Shown: positions 25,798-39,990, counted from the first letter of the stretch. The stretch: 64,000 bases of DNA from Mobula hypostoma (GCF_963921235.1 NC_086097.1:243352001-243416000), one strand, 5' to 3'. Notes: a model not told the origin generated them from the sequence alone. Program-made: numbers and translations.

Positions 25798-28100
25798 ACA
25801 AGATCTAGTATTAGGTAACCAACTGGGTCAGGTCACAGATCTCTCAGTGGGTGAGCATCTGAGGGACAGTGACCACCGCTCCCTGGCATTTAGCATTATC
25901 ATGGAAAAGGATAGAATCAGAGAGGACAGGAAAATTTTTAATTGGGGAAGGGCAAATTATGAGGCTATAAGGCTAGAACTTGCGGGTGTGAATTGGGATG
26001 ATGTTTTTGCAGGGAAATGTACTATGGACATGTGGTTGATGTTTAGCGATCTCTTGCGGGATGTTAGGGATAAATTTGTCCCGGTGAGGAAGATAAAGAA
26101 TGGTGGGGTGAAGGAACCATGGGTGACAAGTGAGGTGGAAAATCTAGTCAGGTGGAAGAAGGCAGCATACATGAGGTTCAGGAAGCAAGGATCAGATGGG
26201 TCTATTGAGGAATATAGGGAAGCAAGAAAGGAGCTTAAGAAAGGGCTGAGAAGAGCAAGAAGGGGGCATGAGAAGGCCTTGGCGAGTAGGGTAAAGGAAA
26301 ACCCCAAGATATTCTTCAATTGTGTGAAGAACAAAAGGATGACACGAGTGAAGGTAGTACTGATTAGGGATAAAGGTGGGAAGATGTGCATGGAGGCTGT
26401 GGAAGTGAGCGAGGTCCTCAGTGAATATCTCGCTTCGGTAGTCACCATTGAGAGGGAATTTGATGACGGTGAGGACAATATGAGTGAGGTTGATGTTCTG
26501 GAGCAAGTTGATATTAAGGGAGAGGAGGTGTTGGAGCTGTTAAAATATATTAGGATGGATAAGTTCCCAGGGCCTGACAGAATATTCCCCAGGCTGCTCC
26601 ACGAGGCGAGGGAAGAAATTGCTGAGCCTCTGGCTAGGATCTTTATGTCCTTGTTGTCCACAGGAATGGTACCGGAGGACTGGAGGGAGGCAAATGTTGT
26701 CCCCTTGTTTAAAAAAGGTAGTAGGGATAGTCTGGGTAATTATAGACCAGTGAGCCTTACGTCTGTGGTGGGAAAGCTGTTGGAAAAGATTCTTAGAGAT
26801 AGGATCTCTGGGCATTTAGAGAATCATGGTCTGATCAGGGACAGTCAGTATGGCTTTGTGAAGGGCAGATCATGTCTAACAAGCCTGATAGAGTTCCTTG
26901 AGGAGGTGACCAGGCATATAGATGAGGGTAGTGCAGTGGATGTGATCTATATGGATTTTAGTAAGGCATTTGACAAGGTTCCACACGGTAGGCTGATTCA
27001 GAAAGTCAGAAGGCATGGGATCCAGGGAAGTTTGGCCAGATGGATTCAGAATTGGCTTGCCTGCAGAAAACAGAAGGTCGTGGTGGAGAGAGTACATTCG
27101 GATTGGAGGGTTGTGACTAGTGGTGTCTCAAAAGGATCGGTTCTGAGACCTCTACTTTTCATGATTTTTATTAACAACCTGGATGTGGGGGTAGAAGGGT
27201 GGGCTGGCAAGTTTGCAGACGACACAAAGGTTGGTGGTGTTGTAGATAGTGTAGAGGATTGTCGAAGATTGCAGAGAGACATTGATAGGATGCAGAAGTG
27301 GGTTGAGAAGTGGCAGATGGAGTTCAACCCGGAGAAGTGTGAGGTGGTACACTTTGGAAGGACAAACTCCAAGGCAGAGTACAAAGTAAATGGTGGGATA
27401 CTTGGTAGTGTGGAGGAGCAGAGGGATCTCGGGGTACATGTCCACAGATCCCTGAAAGTTGCCTCACAGGTGGATAGGGTAGTTAAGAAATGGGTGTTAA
27501 CTTTCATAAGTTGAGGGATAGTGTTTAAATATCGCGAGGTAATGATGCAGCTCTATAAAGCTCTGGTTAGGCCACACTTGGAGTACTGTGTCCAGTTCTG
27601 GTCGCCTCACTATAGGAAGGATGTGGAAGCATTGGAAAGAGTACAGAGGAGATTTACTAGGACGCTGCCTGGTTTAGAGAGTATGCATTATGATCAGAGA
27701 GTAAGGGAGCTAGGGCTTTACTCTTTGGAGGGAAGGAGGATGAGAGGAGACATGATAGAGGTATATAAGATATTAAGAGGAATAGATAGAGTGGATAGCC
27801 AGCGTCTCTTCCCCAGGGCACCACTGCTCAATACAAGAGGACATGGCTTTAAGGTAAGGGGTGAGAAGTTCAAGGGGGATATTAGAGGAAGGTTTTTTAC
27901 TCAGAGAGTGGTTGGTGCATGGAATACACTGCCTGAGTCTGTGGTGGAGGCAGATACACTAGTGAAGTTTAAGAGACTACTAGACAGGTATATGGAGGAA
28001 TTTAAGGTGGGGGGGTTATATGGGAGGCAGGGTTTGAGGGTCAGCACAACATTGTGGGCCGAAGGGCCTGTACCATGCTGTACTATTCTATGTTCTATGA
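25798..28100 (+). mobile_element. Young 5'-truncated CR1 LINE, ORF2 (endonuclease C-terminal remnant plus RT)
   Basis: 555-aa ORF 25847-27514 (SDH, NYRPVSLTS, DFSKAFDKVPH, KFADDTK) continued by 27521-28126 after one disruption; tail tattctatgttctatg. Confidence 0.95.
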
Positions 28101-30364
28101 ACTCATCTTTGGTATGTCTAAAGTGAGGCTACTGTAACTATGCAGTCTACCACACTGTCTCCAAGTTCCCCCATTTGACAGCAATGCCCAGTTCTTTATT
28201 CAGGAAAGAGTATAAAGTATAGACTGTTTGCTATGATGCACATTCAAGGGAGCGCAGAAGTGCAATCCAACAAATTAGAAGGGTTTATCTTGAAGCAGTC
28301 AAGGAGTGGAATGGTAAAGTTTTACAATGCTGCTGATCATTGATCAAGGTTCGATTCCCACCGCTGTCTATAAGGAGTTTGTATGTGGCTTTCCTCCAGG
28401 TTCTCAGGTTTGCTGACATTCCAGAGACCTACAGGTCCGGGAGGGTAAATTGTGGATATGCTATGTTTGGCGCTGGAAACATGGCGGAACTTGTGGGCTG
28501 CCCCCAGCACATCCCTCAAACTAAGTCGGGCATTGATGCAAACGACACATTTCGTTGTTTGTTTCAATGTAGCCTAGCTTCAATAAACACAAAGAAATGT
28601 AGAATTTCCAATACATAAAGGAACCATTGAAAGCTCTGGGCTAACATTACATTGCACAAAGATAGTTCTCCTTTTAGTTGTTCACTGTGTGTCACCACTT
28701 CCACTTGGCAAACGAATAAAGAATAATAAATTCTCAGATTCATATTGAAGCAGCATTCATCCTGAGCCAATCCTCTATTTGCCATCTGAAGGAAGTGAAA
28801 AATGGGTCTGCTAACGACGGTCAGAGACTCATTGGCTTCCCACTTTTATATAACCGATTCGACAATTTGGAAGTGTTGGCGGGAGAGCTCATATACTTGT
28901 TTCTGCCATATTCTGATGAAACATTGGTTGCATGAGCCACCAGGTTCCGGTCATTGGCAGAAAAATTCCAGATTGATATATGAGGCCGAGCTCTGTTATT
29001 CCTGTAACCTACTTAATCATCTGGACAAAGTGAAAGATTAGAAATGCAACCTTTATTGCCGGAAAGGGCAAGAACCAGAGGACAGAGACTTAAAGTGGTT
29101 GCTTAAACAGAGAGAAAATAAATCTTTCAGTGCTGCAGGGATCAAAGATTGAGATTCGTCTTTATTCACCATATATATTCATATGTATTGAGAATTTGCT
29201 GTGAACTGTAGCCTCCATACCAGGCAAACGTCTTTCTCTCAGCTGAAAGCAGCATTGCATTTCACTGCCATCCTGAAAAAAACAAATTCAATAATATTTT
29301 CTCTGCCATTCTGTGCAGCACTGACATAAGTAGAAAAACAGATTTTTTTTTCTAAAATACTTCATCCGACACTTTCAAACTGACCCGGTAAAATTGTTAA
29401 TTAGTTTCAGATTATTGTTCTGGTATTTATGAGGATGACAACACATTCAGCAAAGTAAAGAACGGCAATGTAAGATGATGTTAATCAAAGTATTGAGGAC
29501 AGGAGTTGGGATGTTACAGTATAAAAATGATAAAGTTAGAGGTTAAAGTACAGATATGGAAGAAAATATGTATAAATACAGAAATACCAACATGTATTTA
29601 CAACATAAGCAGCTTTATAAAAAACATTTTAAAGTGTTCCCAGTGGCAGTGACTGAGGAAATAGATAGATGGTGGGGGGGGGGTGGAGTTGGGGGGTAAC
29701 TAGAATGGTTGATCAGACTAACTGGGTGAAAAAACTTTTAAGATGGTGTGAAGTTTTTGTTTTAATAGTGCTTTCCAGAAGGGAGCTTTTAGAAATGGCA
29801 GTTTGCTGGGTGGGTTGTGTCCACAATGATTTTTTTCCTGCCCACTTCTTTGTCCTGGACACACATACGAGTCCGGCAGTGATGGGAGACTACAGTCAAT
29901 GATCTTTTCTGCCGACCTGACAGTCTCTGTAGTTTTCGTACACTGTGAGAGGGTGGTGCACCAAACCAGACAGCGATGACTGATGTGAGGATGCTCTCTA
30001 TGATATCAGTGTAGAATTGCACCACCACGTTCTGGGGAAGATGGGATTTTAACAACTGTTGCAAGAAGTACGTCCACCACTGAGCCTTTTTGTTGATGAA
30101 GGAGATGTGGTTCTCCCACATGAGGTTCTGCAAAACGTTGATGCCCAGGAACCTGAATGTTGAAATGGTGCAACTATAGAGTTGATGACAAGTGGGTGGA
30201 TGATTTTAGAGTTAGCTTCTTAGTGGTACCCCCTGGCTGGACAGTAGAGGTAGCAACATCATAAGAATGCAAAATAATCAGAACAGAAATAGACATTTCA
30301 GCTCCTCATGCCTCCTATGCCATCTACTCCTTCAGGTGGTACCTTTCTGTCCTGTCCACATGTT

Positions 30365-32200
30365 CCTTGGTTCTAGCATGGAGAGAAGGTTGGCTGACTG
30401 GCAGGAGGCAAACAGTGGGAATAAAAGGGACCTTTTCTGGTTGGTTTCCGGTCACTAGCGGTGTTCCACAAGGGCCAGTGTTGGGTCTGCTATTATTCAC
30501 GCTACACGTTAATCACCTTGAAGACAGAATTGACGGCTTTGTGACCAAGTCTGCAGATGATACAAAGGTAGGTGGAGGGGCAGGCAGTGTTGAGGTAACA
30601 GAGAGTTTCCAGAAGGCTGAGAATGGGAAGAAAAATGACAAATGGAATATAGTGTCAGGAAGTGTATGGTCATGCACTTTGGTAGACAGAATAAAAGCAT
30701 AGTCTATTCTCTAAATTGACATAAATTCAGAAATTGGAGGTGTGAAGGGACTTGTGAGTCTCAGAGCAGGATAGCCCAAAGGTTAACTTGCAGGTTAAGC
30801 CAGTAGTAAGGAGGGCAAATGGAATATTAACATTAATTTCAAGAGAATTAGAATACAAAAGCAAGAATGTAATGCTGAGACTTCGTAAGGCATTGGTCAG
30901 ACAGCTTTTGGAGTATCCTGAACAGTTTTGGGCCCCTCATTAGAATCAGAATCAGGTTTAATATCATCAGCATATGTCATGAAATTTGCTTTATTTATGT
31001 CAGCAGTGCAATGCGTAATCATGGAAAACTGAATTACAGTCAGAATATATCAAACAGTTAAATAAGTTGTGGAAAAAAAATAGAAACAAAGAAGTAGTGA
31101 GGGGTAGTGTTCATGGATTCAAAGTCAATTCAAAAATCACATGGCAAGAGGGAAGAAGCTGTTCCTGAGTTGTTGAGTGTGTGTACCTCGTCCCTGATGG
31201 TAGCAATAAGCACAAGGCATGACCTGAGTGATGGGAGTCCTTAATGATAGATGCTGCTTTTTTGAAGCATCACTCCTTGAGGATGCCTGGATACAACGGA
31301 GGCTAGTGCCCATGATGGATCTGACTAACTTTACAACTCTCTGTAACCTACTTCAGTCTTGTATAGTAGCCTCCGCTCCCCCGACCATAGCAGCCAGTTA
31401 GAATGCTCGCCATGGTATAACTGTAGAAATTTGTGTGTGTCTTTGGTGACATGCCAAATGTCCTCAAATTCCTAATGAAAGATAGCCACTGTGGAGCCTT
31501 CTTTGTACCTGAATCGATATGCTGGGTCCAGGACAGATACTCAGAGATATTGACACCCAGGAACTTGTAATTGCTCACTCTTTCCACTTCTGATCCCTCG
31601 ATGAGGACTGTTGATTGTTTCCTCATCTTACCCTTTCTGAGGTTCTCAATCAGTTCTTTGGTCTTACTGATTGTGATATCTAAGAAAGACATGCTGGCAT
31701 TGAAGAGGTTCCAGAGGAACTTCCTGAAAATGATCCCAGAAACTTATGAGGAACATTTGATAGCTCTGGGCATGTACTTGCTTGAGTTTAGAAGAATGAT
31801 GGGGTCCTCTTGAAACATTGAGTTATTGAAAGGCCTAGATAGAGTGGACTTGGAGGAAATGTAGGGGGAGAGTGTAGGCACAGCCTCAGAATGGAAAGAT
31901 GTCTCCTTATTACAAAGATGAATGAGAATTTCTTTAGCCAGAGGTTTGTGTATATATGGAATTCATTGTCAGTGTCGGCTCTGATGGCCAAGGTGCGTTC
32001 ACCAGCAACTTTTATGTGTGTTGCAAGTCATTGGGTATGTTTAAAGCTGAGGTTGATAGGTTCTAGAATAGTAAGGTTGTCAAAGGTTATGGGGAGAAGG
32101 CAGGAGAATGGGGTTGGGATAATAAATAAACCTCAGTAGAATCACAGAGCAGACTCGATGGGTCAAATGGCCTAGTTCTGCTCCTATGTCTTATGGTCTT
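30365..32200 (+). mobile_element. Old CR1 RT fragment split by a minus-strand Rex1/Babar-type insertion (about 30941-31675)
   Basis: SGVPQGPVLG and ADDTK motifs before the insertion; ALKRFQRNF resumes at about 31690; the insert encodes KTKELI...YKFLGVNIS. Confidence 0.75.
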
Positions 32201-32938
32201 ATTACGTCTTTAATTTCCAGGAAGTTAATGAAGTTAATGAATCATCCTCTAATGCAATCAATAAGTGAGCCTCCACTCATTTCAGAGAATCCCAACAATT
32301 CATCAACCTCGAATGAAGAAATTCCCCTTCTTGTCAGTCATCAGTGCCCTGACCTTGATCTTGAGATCCTCATTCTGAACTTTTCAACCAGGAGAAAAAT
32401 GACCACGTGAATTGGACTTGGATGAAGATCTTTGTATCCTAACTCACAACAGGCGAGGTCCTAGACAGTTGGAATGTAGTAAATGTTGTGCCTTTGTTCA
32501 CTGACGGAAATAGGGATAATCCAGGCACTTACAGGCCAGTGATCCTAACATCAGTGATGGGAGAGCAATTGGAGATGACGTTTAGAGACAATATTAATGG
32601 ACATTTGGAGAGATAAGGCCTGATTAAGGATATTCAGCATGGCTTTGTGTGTGGAAAAACTTGTAAAATTAAACAAAGGAGCTTGATGAGAGCAAGGAAA
32701 TGATGTTATCTATGTAAACATTTGAACATGAACATTAGGGATTTGATAAGGTTGATCCGGAAGGTAAAATGAGTCATGAGGTCCAGGGTGAATTGCAAGT
32801 TCAGATGCAGAACTAACTCATCCAGGGAGGAGGGATAGAAGGCTGTTATTCTGGCCGGAAGTTCGTGACCAGAAGTGTCCCACGAGGATCAGGGTTGGGA
32901 GATCGGTTGTTTCTGATCTTTTACTTTATTCAGAGATG

Positions 32939-33258
32939 CGAGGGGTGATTCATAAGTCTGTGGCCTAAGGTAGAAGGAGTCAATTTTAGAAAACCTAGCA
33001 CATTTATCTTCAACATAGTCCCCTCCTACATGTACACGTTTAGTCCAGCAGTCGTGGAGCATATAGATCCCTTCTTTATAGAAGTGGTCCACAGCAGGGG
33101 TGATTGATAAGTTTGTGGCCTTAGGTCGAAGGAGATGAGTTATACAGCTCTCGTTACATGCACATGCATTTCAACTCTTGCAGTGAAAATGCAGAAAGTT
33201 TGAAGTTAATAACTCATCTCCTTCTACCTTAGGCCACGAACTTATCAATCACCCCTTG
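32939..33258 (-). mobile_element. mariner MITE retaining the transposase C-terminus, with a third internal TIR copy
   Basis: TIR cgaggggtgattcataagtctgtggcctaaggtagaaggag inverted at 33217-33258, TA on the right (TG on the left); FYKEGIYMLHDCWTKRVHVGGDYVE resembles the mariner C-terminus; extra TIR copy at about 33095. Confidence 0.85.
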
Positions 33259-34063
33259 TATAGCAGGGACCCGATAGAGGAGAGGAAAAACCGCCAAGCG
33301 GACCATTAAGATGTCCCTCCCCCTCTTTTTGTGACACTTACTGGGGGTGTTGCAGACGAAGGGCCTGAGGGATTGCTGAGGATAGCTACCACCCATCCAA
33401 CAATCCCTTCAACCTACTATCTTCAGGAAGGAGGTACAGGAGCATCAGGACTAGAACTGCCAGACTGGGTAACAGCTCCTTCCCCCAGGTTGTGAGACGA
33501 ATGAACACTCTGCCACCACTGAGGTCACGTCACTAGAACTGTTTGGTGTTTACTGTACTGCATTTTGTTAACTTATTCATGTTAAAGTTTTGGGTTATGT
33601 GCTGTGTATGATATATGTTGTGTGGGTGCACTGTGGTCTGGAGGAACATTTTTTTTTGTGTACGGTCAGTATACTTGAACTTGAACTTGGAAACAGACCC
33701 TTCTGACACAATGAGTCCACCCTGACCGATTACACCCAAGTGACCAATTAACCTACTAACCTGTACATCTCTGGATTGTGTAAGGATACCGGAGAACCTG
33801 GAGGAAACCCCTATGGTCATGGTCCTTACAGATCTTCATCATCATGTGCCATGTTGTATGATACGGACAATCGTGGTCTTTCCATGAACATGATTACTCA
33901 TGGCACATTTTTCTACAGAAGTGGTTTGCCATTGTCTTCTTCTGGGCAGTGCCTTTACCGGATGGGTGACCACGGCTATTAGATTAGATTAGATTAGATA
34001 ATGAGGACACGCAGTCCTCTTTTATTGTCATTTATTAATGCATGCATTAAGAAATGATACACC

Positions 34064-35412
34064 TACAGTGTGTTGCAGGAACTCAGCAGGTCGGGCAGCA
34101 TCAGTGGAAACGATGAGTCGATGTTTTGGGCCGGAACCTTTCGTCAGGACTGAAGAATGAAGGAGGGGGAAGGATTTGAAGAATGCTTGTAGGTTCGGTT
34201 GAAAGACCAGTAATTTGAAAGACAAAGGGGTGGGGGAGGGGAAGCATCGACGTCATAGGCAGGAAAACAACGGGTAGTAGAAGAAGGAGGCGGAACCTCT
34301 TCTGATTGTCTGTCTCTTAGACAGACAATCTCTGAAGAGTATTGATAGTAAGAGATTTTAAGGGAGGAGGGAGGAGAAGATGGCGGCGCAATGCAGCGCG
34401 CGCAGCCATTCCGAATGATATCGTATGTGCTAACTAGGGGGCCATGTACAATCCTGATTTGATGGAGACAGCCGTGAGAGAACGGAGGAACACCTGGAGA
34501 AGCTTCTGAAATGCCTACTTCGCTGCCGCTGCTACTGTGCGATCGAGAATCTCCGGAGGGGAAGGCCCCAGATCCTCGGCTTTGCCTATTGCCTGTTGCC
34601 GGGGCCGGGGTCAAAGCGCTCGGCGGAGATGGTGCTCCGTGCTCGGTGTCGGAGAGCTGGTCGGAGGCTCAGAGTTTTCGGACGGACTCAGAGTCAGACT
34701 GTGGTCGGATGCTTCGAGGACACTGCATCGGCAAGTTTGCGGCGCTGGAGGTTCACTGTCTGCGTGAGATGATGGGACTTCCAAGAGACTTTGAGACTTT
34801 TTAACATGCCCATGGTCTGTTCATTATCAAATTATGTATTGCTTTTCACTGTTGTAACTATGTGTTATAATTATGTGGTTTTTGTTAGTTTTTTCAGTCT
34901 TGGTTTGTCTTGTGTTTCTGTGATATCATTCTGAAGAAACATTGTATCATTTCATAAACACAAAATAATCTTCAGATACTGGGATCAAAGCAACACTTAC
35001 AGTGCGCTGGATGAACTCAGCAGGTTGGGCAGCATCAATGGAAACGATGAGTCAAAATTTCGGGCCAGAACCTTTCGTCAGGACTGAAGAATGAAGGAGG
35101 GGGAAGGATTTGAAGAATGCTTGTAGGTTCGGTTGAAAGACCAGTAATTTGAAAGACAAAGGGGTGGGGAAGGGGAAGCATCGACGTCATAGGCAGGAAA
35201 ACAACGGGTAGTAGAAGAAGGAGGCGGAACCGTGAGGGAGGTTATAGGCAGCTGGGGGAGGGGGCAGAGTGAAATAGGGATAGAGGAAGGGAGGGGGAAG
35301 AAATTACCGGAGGTTGGAGAATTCTATATTCATACCAAAGGGCTGGAGACTACCTAGACGGTATATGAACATAGAATTCCCCAACTTCCGGTAATTTCTT
35401 CCCCCTCCCTCC
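34064..35412 (-). mobile_element. Direct-repeat Penelope terminal fragments (34064-34297, 34955-35370) flanking an inverted segment
   Basis: About 230 bp near-identical direct repeat, each copy with a minus-strand CTGACGA hammerhead-like motif; short inverted copy at 35371-35412. Confidence 0.75.
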
Positions 35413-35894
35413 CTTATTGTCTTTCTTCAGTACGCAATTGTGAAAGAGAACAAAATGATTGTTACTCTGGATCCAGTGCAGCTTGGAAAAAACACAATAG
35501 GCATAAAGAACACAATAAATATAAACATAAAAAACAATCCTATGATTCATAATGTACGAGTTACTGTGTGTAGGCATATATACATCCAGGGGCCACTTTA
35601 TTAGGTACCCCTCAACCATCAGGCTCTTGAACAAAAGAGGGTAACTTTTGTTATTGCGATGTTCCCACAACCAGCGAGCTCACTTTAAGGACTCTTTGCC
35701 ATGTTATTTCATGCTCTCGTTATTTATTGCTATTTATTTATATTTGTATTCTAACAGTTTGTTGTATTCAATGCTCTGTTTGCAGTTACTATTCCACAGC
35801 TATGCTGAGTATGCCTGCAGGAAAAAAAACAATCTCAGGGTTCTACCTGGTGACATGCATGAACTCTGATAATAAATTTTACTTTGAATTTTAC

Positions 35895-37440
35895 TTCCAG
35901 TAACTAATAAAGTTGCCTCTGCATGTATGTTTGTGGTCTTCTGCTGCTGCAGTCCATTCACTCAAGGTTTGATGCTTTAAACGTTCAGAAAGGCTCTTCT
36001 GCACGACACTGCTGTAACGTGTGGTTATTTCAGTTACTGTCAGCTTGAACCAGCCTGGCCGTTCTGCTCTGTCCTCCCTCATTAACAAGGCGCTTTCGCC
36101 CACAGAACTGCCATTCATGGATATTTTTTTGTTTTTCACGCCATTCTCTGTAAATTCCAGAGACTGTTGCATGAGAAAATCCCAGGAGATCATAGAAACA
36201 TAGAAACATAGAAAATAGGTGCAGGAGTAGGCCATTTGGCCCTTCAAGCCGCACCGCCATTCGGTATGATCATGGCTGATCATCCAACTGAGAACCCTGT
36301 ACCAGCCTTCCCTCCATATCCCCTGATCCCTTTAGCCACAAGGGCCATATCTAACTCCCTCTTAAATATAGCCAATGAACTGGCCTCAACTGTTTCCTGT
36401 GGCAGAAAATTCCACAGATTCACCACTCTCTGTGTGAAGAAGTTGTTCCTCATCTCGGTCCTAAAAGGCTTCCCCTTTATCCTCAAACTGTGAACCCTCG
36501 TTCTGGACTTCCCCAACATTGGGAACAATCTTCCTGCATCTAGCCTGTCCAATCCCTTTAGGATTTTATACGTTTCAATCAGGTCCCCCCTCAATCTTCT
36601 AAATTCCAACAAGTATAAGCCTAGTTCATCCAGTCTTTCATCATATGAAAGTCCTGCCATCCCAGGAATCAATCTGGTGAACCTTCTTTGTACTCCCTCT
36701 ATGGCAAGGATGTCTTTCCTCAGATTAGGGGACCAAAACTGCACACAATACTCCAGTTGTGGTCTCACCAAGGCCTTGTACAACTGCAGTGGTACCTCCC
36801 TGCTCCTGTACTCGAATCCTCTTGCTATAAATGCCAGCATACCATTCGCCTTTTTCACCGCCTGCTGTACCTGCATGCCCACTTTCAATGACTGGTGTAT
36901 AATGACACCCAGGTCTCGTTGCACCTCCCCTTTTCCTAATCGGCCACCATTCAGATAATAATCTGTTTTCCTGTTTTTGCCACCAAAGTGGATAACTTCA
37001 CATTTATCCACATTAAATTGCATCTGCCATGAATTTGCCCACTCACCTAACCTATCTAAGTCACCCTGCATCCTCTTAGCATCCTCCTCACAGCTAACAC
37101 TGCCGCCCAGCTTCGTGTCATGCGCAAACTTGGAGATGCTGCATTTAATTCCCTCATCCAAGTCATTAATATATATTGTAAACAACTGGGGTCCCAGCAC
37201 TGAGCCTTGCGGTACCCCACTAGTCACTGCCTGCCATTCTGAAAAGGTCCCGTTTATTCCCACTCTTTGCTTCTGAGATACTCAAACCATCCCATTTTCC
37301 ACCAGCAATCATTCCACAGACAAAGTCACTTCCCATTCTGATGTTTGGTCTGAACAGCAACTGAATCAATGGACCACATCTGCATACGTTTATGCATTGA
37401 GTTGCTGCCACATGATTGCATTAACAAGCAGTGTGCAGAT
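35895..37440 (-). mobile_element. Tc1-like remnant interrupted by a young CR1 (36193-37272)
   Basis: LLGFSHATVSGIYREWREKQK is a Tc1 HTH region; the CR1 has an open 327-aa RT ORF (36280-37263) and a (TTTCTATG)n tail; Tc1 sequence resumes at ttctgagatactcaaacc. Confidence 0.85.
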
Positions 37441-37529
37441 TTGCAGTTCAAAACTGGAGATCCATTAAATATTTTGGAACATCCTCAGCAACAGAAATGC
37501 ACGCTATCTCTACTGGTAACCTTATGGCC

Positions 37530-38480
37530 AGGCATATCGCTTAAGGGAAAATCCTGCCTGATGAACCTGATGGAATTCTTTGAAGAGATTACAAGTAGGA
37601 TAGATAAAGAGGATGTAGTGGATGTTGTATAGTCTGAACTTTCAGAAGGCCTTTGACAGGGTGCCACACATGAGGCTGCCTACCAAGTTAAGAGCCCATG
37701 GTACTATAAAAAAGTTATTGGCATTGTTAGAGCATTAGCTGATTGGAAAGAAGGCAGCGAGTGGGAATAAAAAGATACTTTTCTGCTTGGCTGCCAGTGA
37801 CTAGTGGTGTTCCGCAGGGCAGCGTTGCTGGTGAGGAAGGCAAATGCAATGTTAGCATTCATTTCAAGTGGGCTAGAATACAAGAGCAAGGATGTGATGC
37901 TGAGGCTTTATAAGGCACTGGTGAGGCCTCACCTTGAGTATTATGAACAGTTTTGGGCTCCTCATCTAAGAAAAAATGTATTGGCATTGGAGAGGGTTCA
38001 GAGGAGGTTGACAAGAATGATTCCAGGAATGAAAGGGTTATCATTCGAGGAAAGTTTGATGGCTCTGGATCTGTACTCGAAGGAATTTAGAAGGCTGAGG
38101 GGGGGATCTCATTGAAACCTTTCAAATGTTGAAAAGCCTAGACAGAGTAGATGCAGAAAGGATAGGGGAGTCTAGGACAAGAGGGCACAGCCTCAGGATA
38201 GAGGGGCGTCCATTTAAAACAGAGATGCGGAAACATTTCTTTGGCCAGAGGGTGGTGAATTTGTGGAATTTATTACCACAGGCAGCTGTGGAGGCCAAGT
38301 TGTTGGGTGTATTTAAGGCAGAGCTAGATAGGTTCTTGACTGACCATGGCATCAAAGGTTATGGGGAGAAGGTTGGGAAGTGGGGTTGAGGAGGGGAAAA
38401 ACGGATCGGCCATGATTGAATGGCGGAGCAGACTCCATGGGCCAACTGGCATAATTCTGCTCCTATGCCTTATGGTCTTA
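37530..38480 (+). mobile_element. CR1 fragment with internal deletion
   Basis: KSCLMNLMEFFEE, AFDRVPH and LVRPHLEY motifs; CR1-type 3' UTR. Confidence 0.85.
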
Positions 38481-39981
38481 TATTCCTTGCCCAGCACTAT
38501 TATCAGGCCAGGAGCAATGACAACCTATGGGGTGGTACAACTACTTGGGGATTGTTGGGGGGGGAGTGGCTCGAGGGAGCTGAAGAGCCTATTCTGTGCT
38601 GAATATCAATTAAAAAATAAAATATCATGGCTGACTTATTCCTCCTTTCAACCTCATTCTCCTGCCTTCTTTCTGCAACCTTTGATGCCCTGACTAATCA
38701 AGAACCTATGAACGTCCGCTTTAAATATACTTAATGACGTAGCCTCCACAGTTGTCTGTCTTGATGTTTTGATGCACGTGTGATCAAAGCTGATCTAATA
38801 TTTCACAGATAAACCACCATAAGACCACAAGACATAGGAGCAGAATTAGGCCATTTGGCCCATCGAGTCTGTTCCATCATTCCTCCCAACTACTTCCTCC
38901 ACCCTGGCCTCCATTACAGAAACAGAAGACTATACCTCCACTACCTTATCATTTCTTCTTAGAGTCACCTTATGTACAGACCTTGTGTCACTTAAAGAAC
39001 ATACAATCAGTCTATGTATATGAGCTATCTTATCGATTTTTATTTATTTTATTATTTTTTTATTGCGATGAAACGCAGAGTGGGCCCCTCTGGCCCTTCG
39101 AGCCACACCGTCCAGCACTTCCGATTTAGCCCTAGCCTAATGACGAGACAATTTACAATGACCAGTTAACCTACCAACCTGTCCATCTTTGACTGTGGGA
39201 GGAAGCCAAAGCACCCGGAGGAAACCCATGCAGCCATGCGGAGAGCGTACAAACTCCTTACAGGCAGCAGTGGCAATTGCCTGAACTATAAAGCGTTGCA
39301 CTAACCATTATGCTATCGGCTCACCCTGTATTGTGATAATTTTTTTATTATTGTGTTCTTTATTTTATTGTGTGTTTTTCTTTTGCACTGCATTGGATCT
39401 GGAGTAACAGTTATTTTGTTCTTCTTTACACTTGGGTACTGGAAATGGCATTAAACAATCCTAACTCTTAAATCTTGAAACTGGAATATTGTTGCAAGTT
39501 ACCAGTTTAACTTCAGTTTTAAGACAACTCACAGCACATAGCGAATTCAAGAGGATACTGTAAACTGTATTAACTGATGGGAGCCAGTCTCAGTCTGTGT
39601 GAAGAACAGCGTGGAGAGCTCTGACCACACACAGCTGAAACAACGGGCATGTCATATAAATTATCATACTTCTGGGTGACATTGAGCAGACACAGGTCAA
39701 TCATTCATCAGATTCCCAGATTTTTATTTGAATTTACTGTGTTTAAGCAATATATAATGTTCATTTTGTGAAGACTACACACTTTCCAATTGTTATTCCT
39801 TAAGAACTTTAATATAACCGAAGACAATCCATTAAATGGAAAAACTGCGCAGGCAATTTAAAACATTGGCTCCATGCTAAAGACTACTCCCTAGTAAACA
39901 AATGTTAACAATTTGTAAACACTCCGGGAACGAGGGGATCTGCTTGGGGTACACAGACAATTCTTCCATTTTCTTCCATAG

Positions 39982-39990
39982 CTCCGAGAG
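39982..39990 (+). other. Candidate 9-nt microexon, or 3' end of a non-coding first exon
   Basis: ttcttccattttcttccatag|CTCCGAGAG|gtaagc within a TE-free island of about 1.1 kb. Confidence 0.45.

Noticed and set aside
25847..28126. 555-aa and 201-aa ORFs as a host or domesticated gene
   Set aside because: Ordinary CR1 ORF2: 5'-truncated, disrupted, with near-identical sibling fragments in the window.
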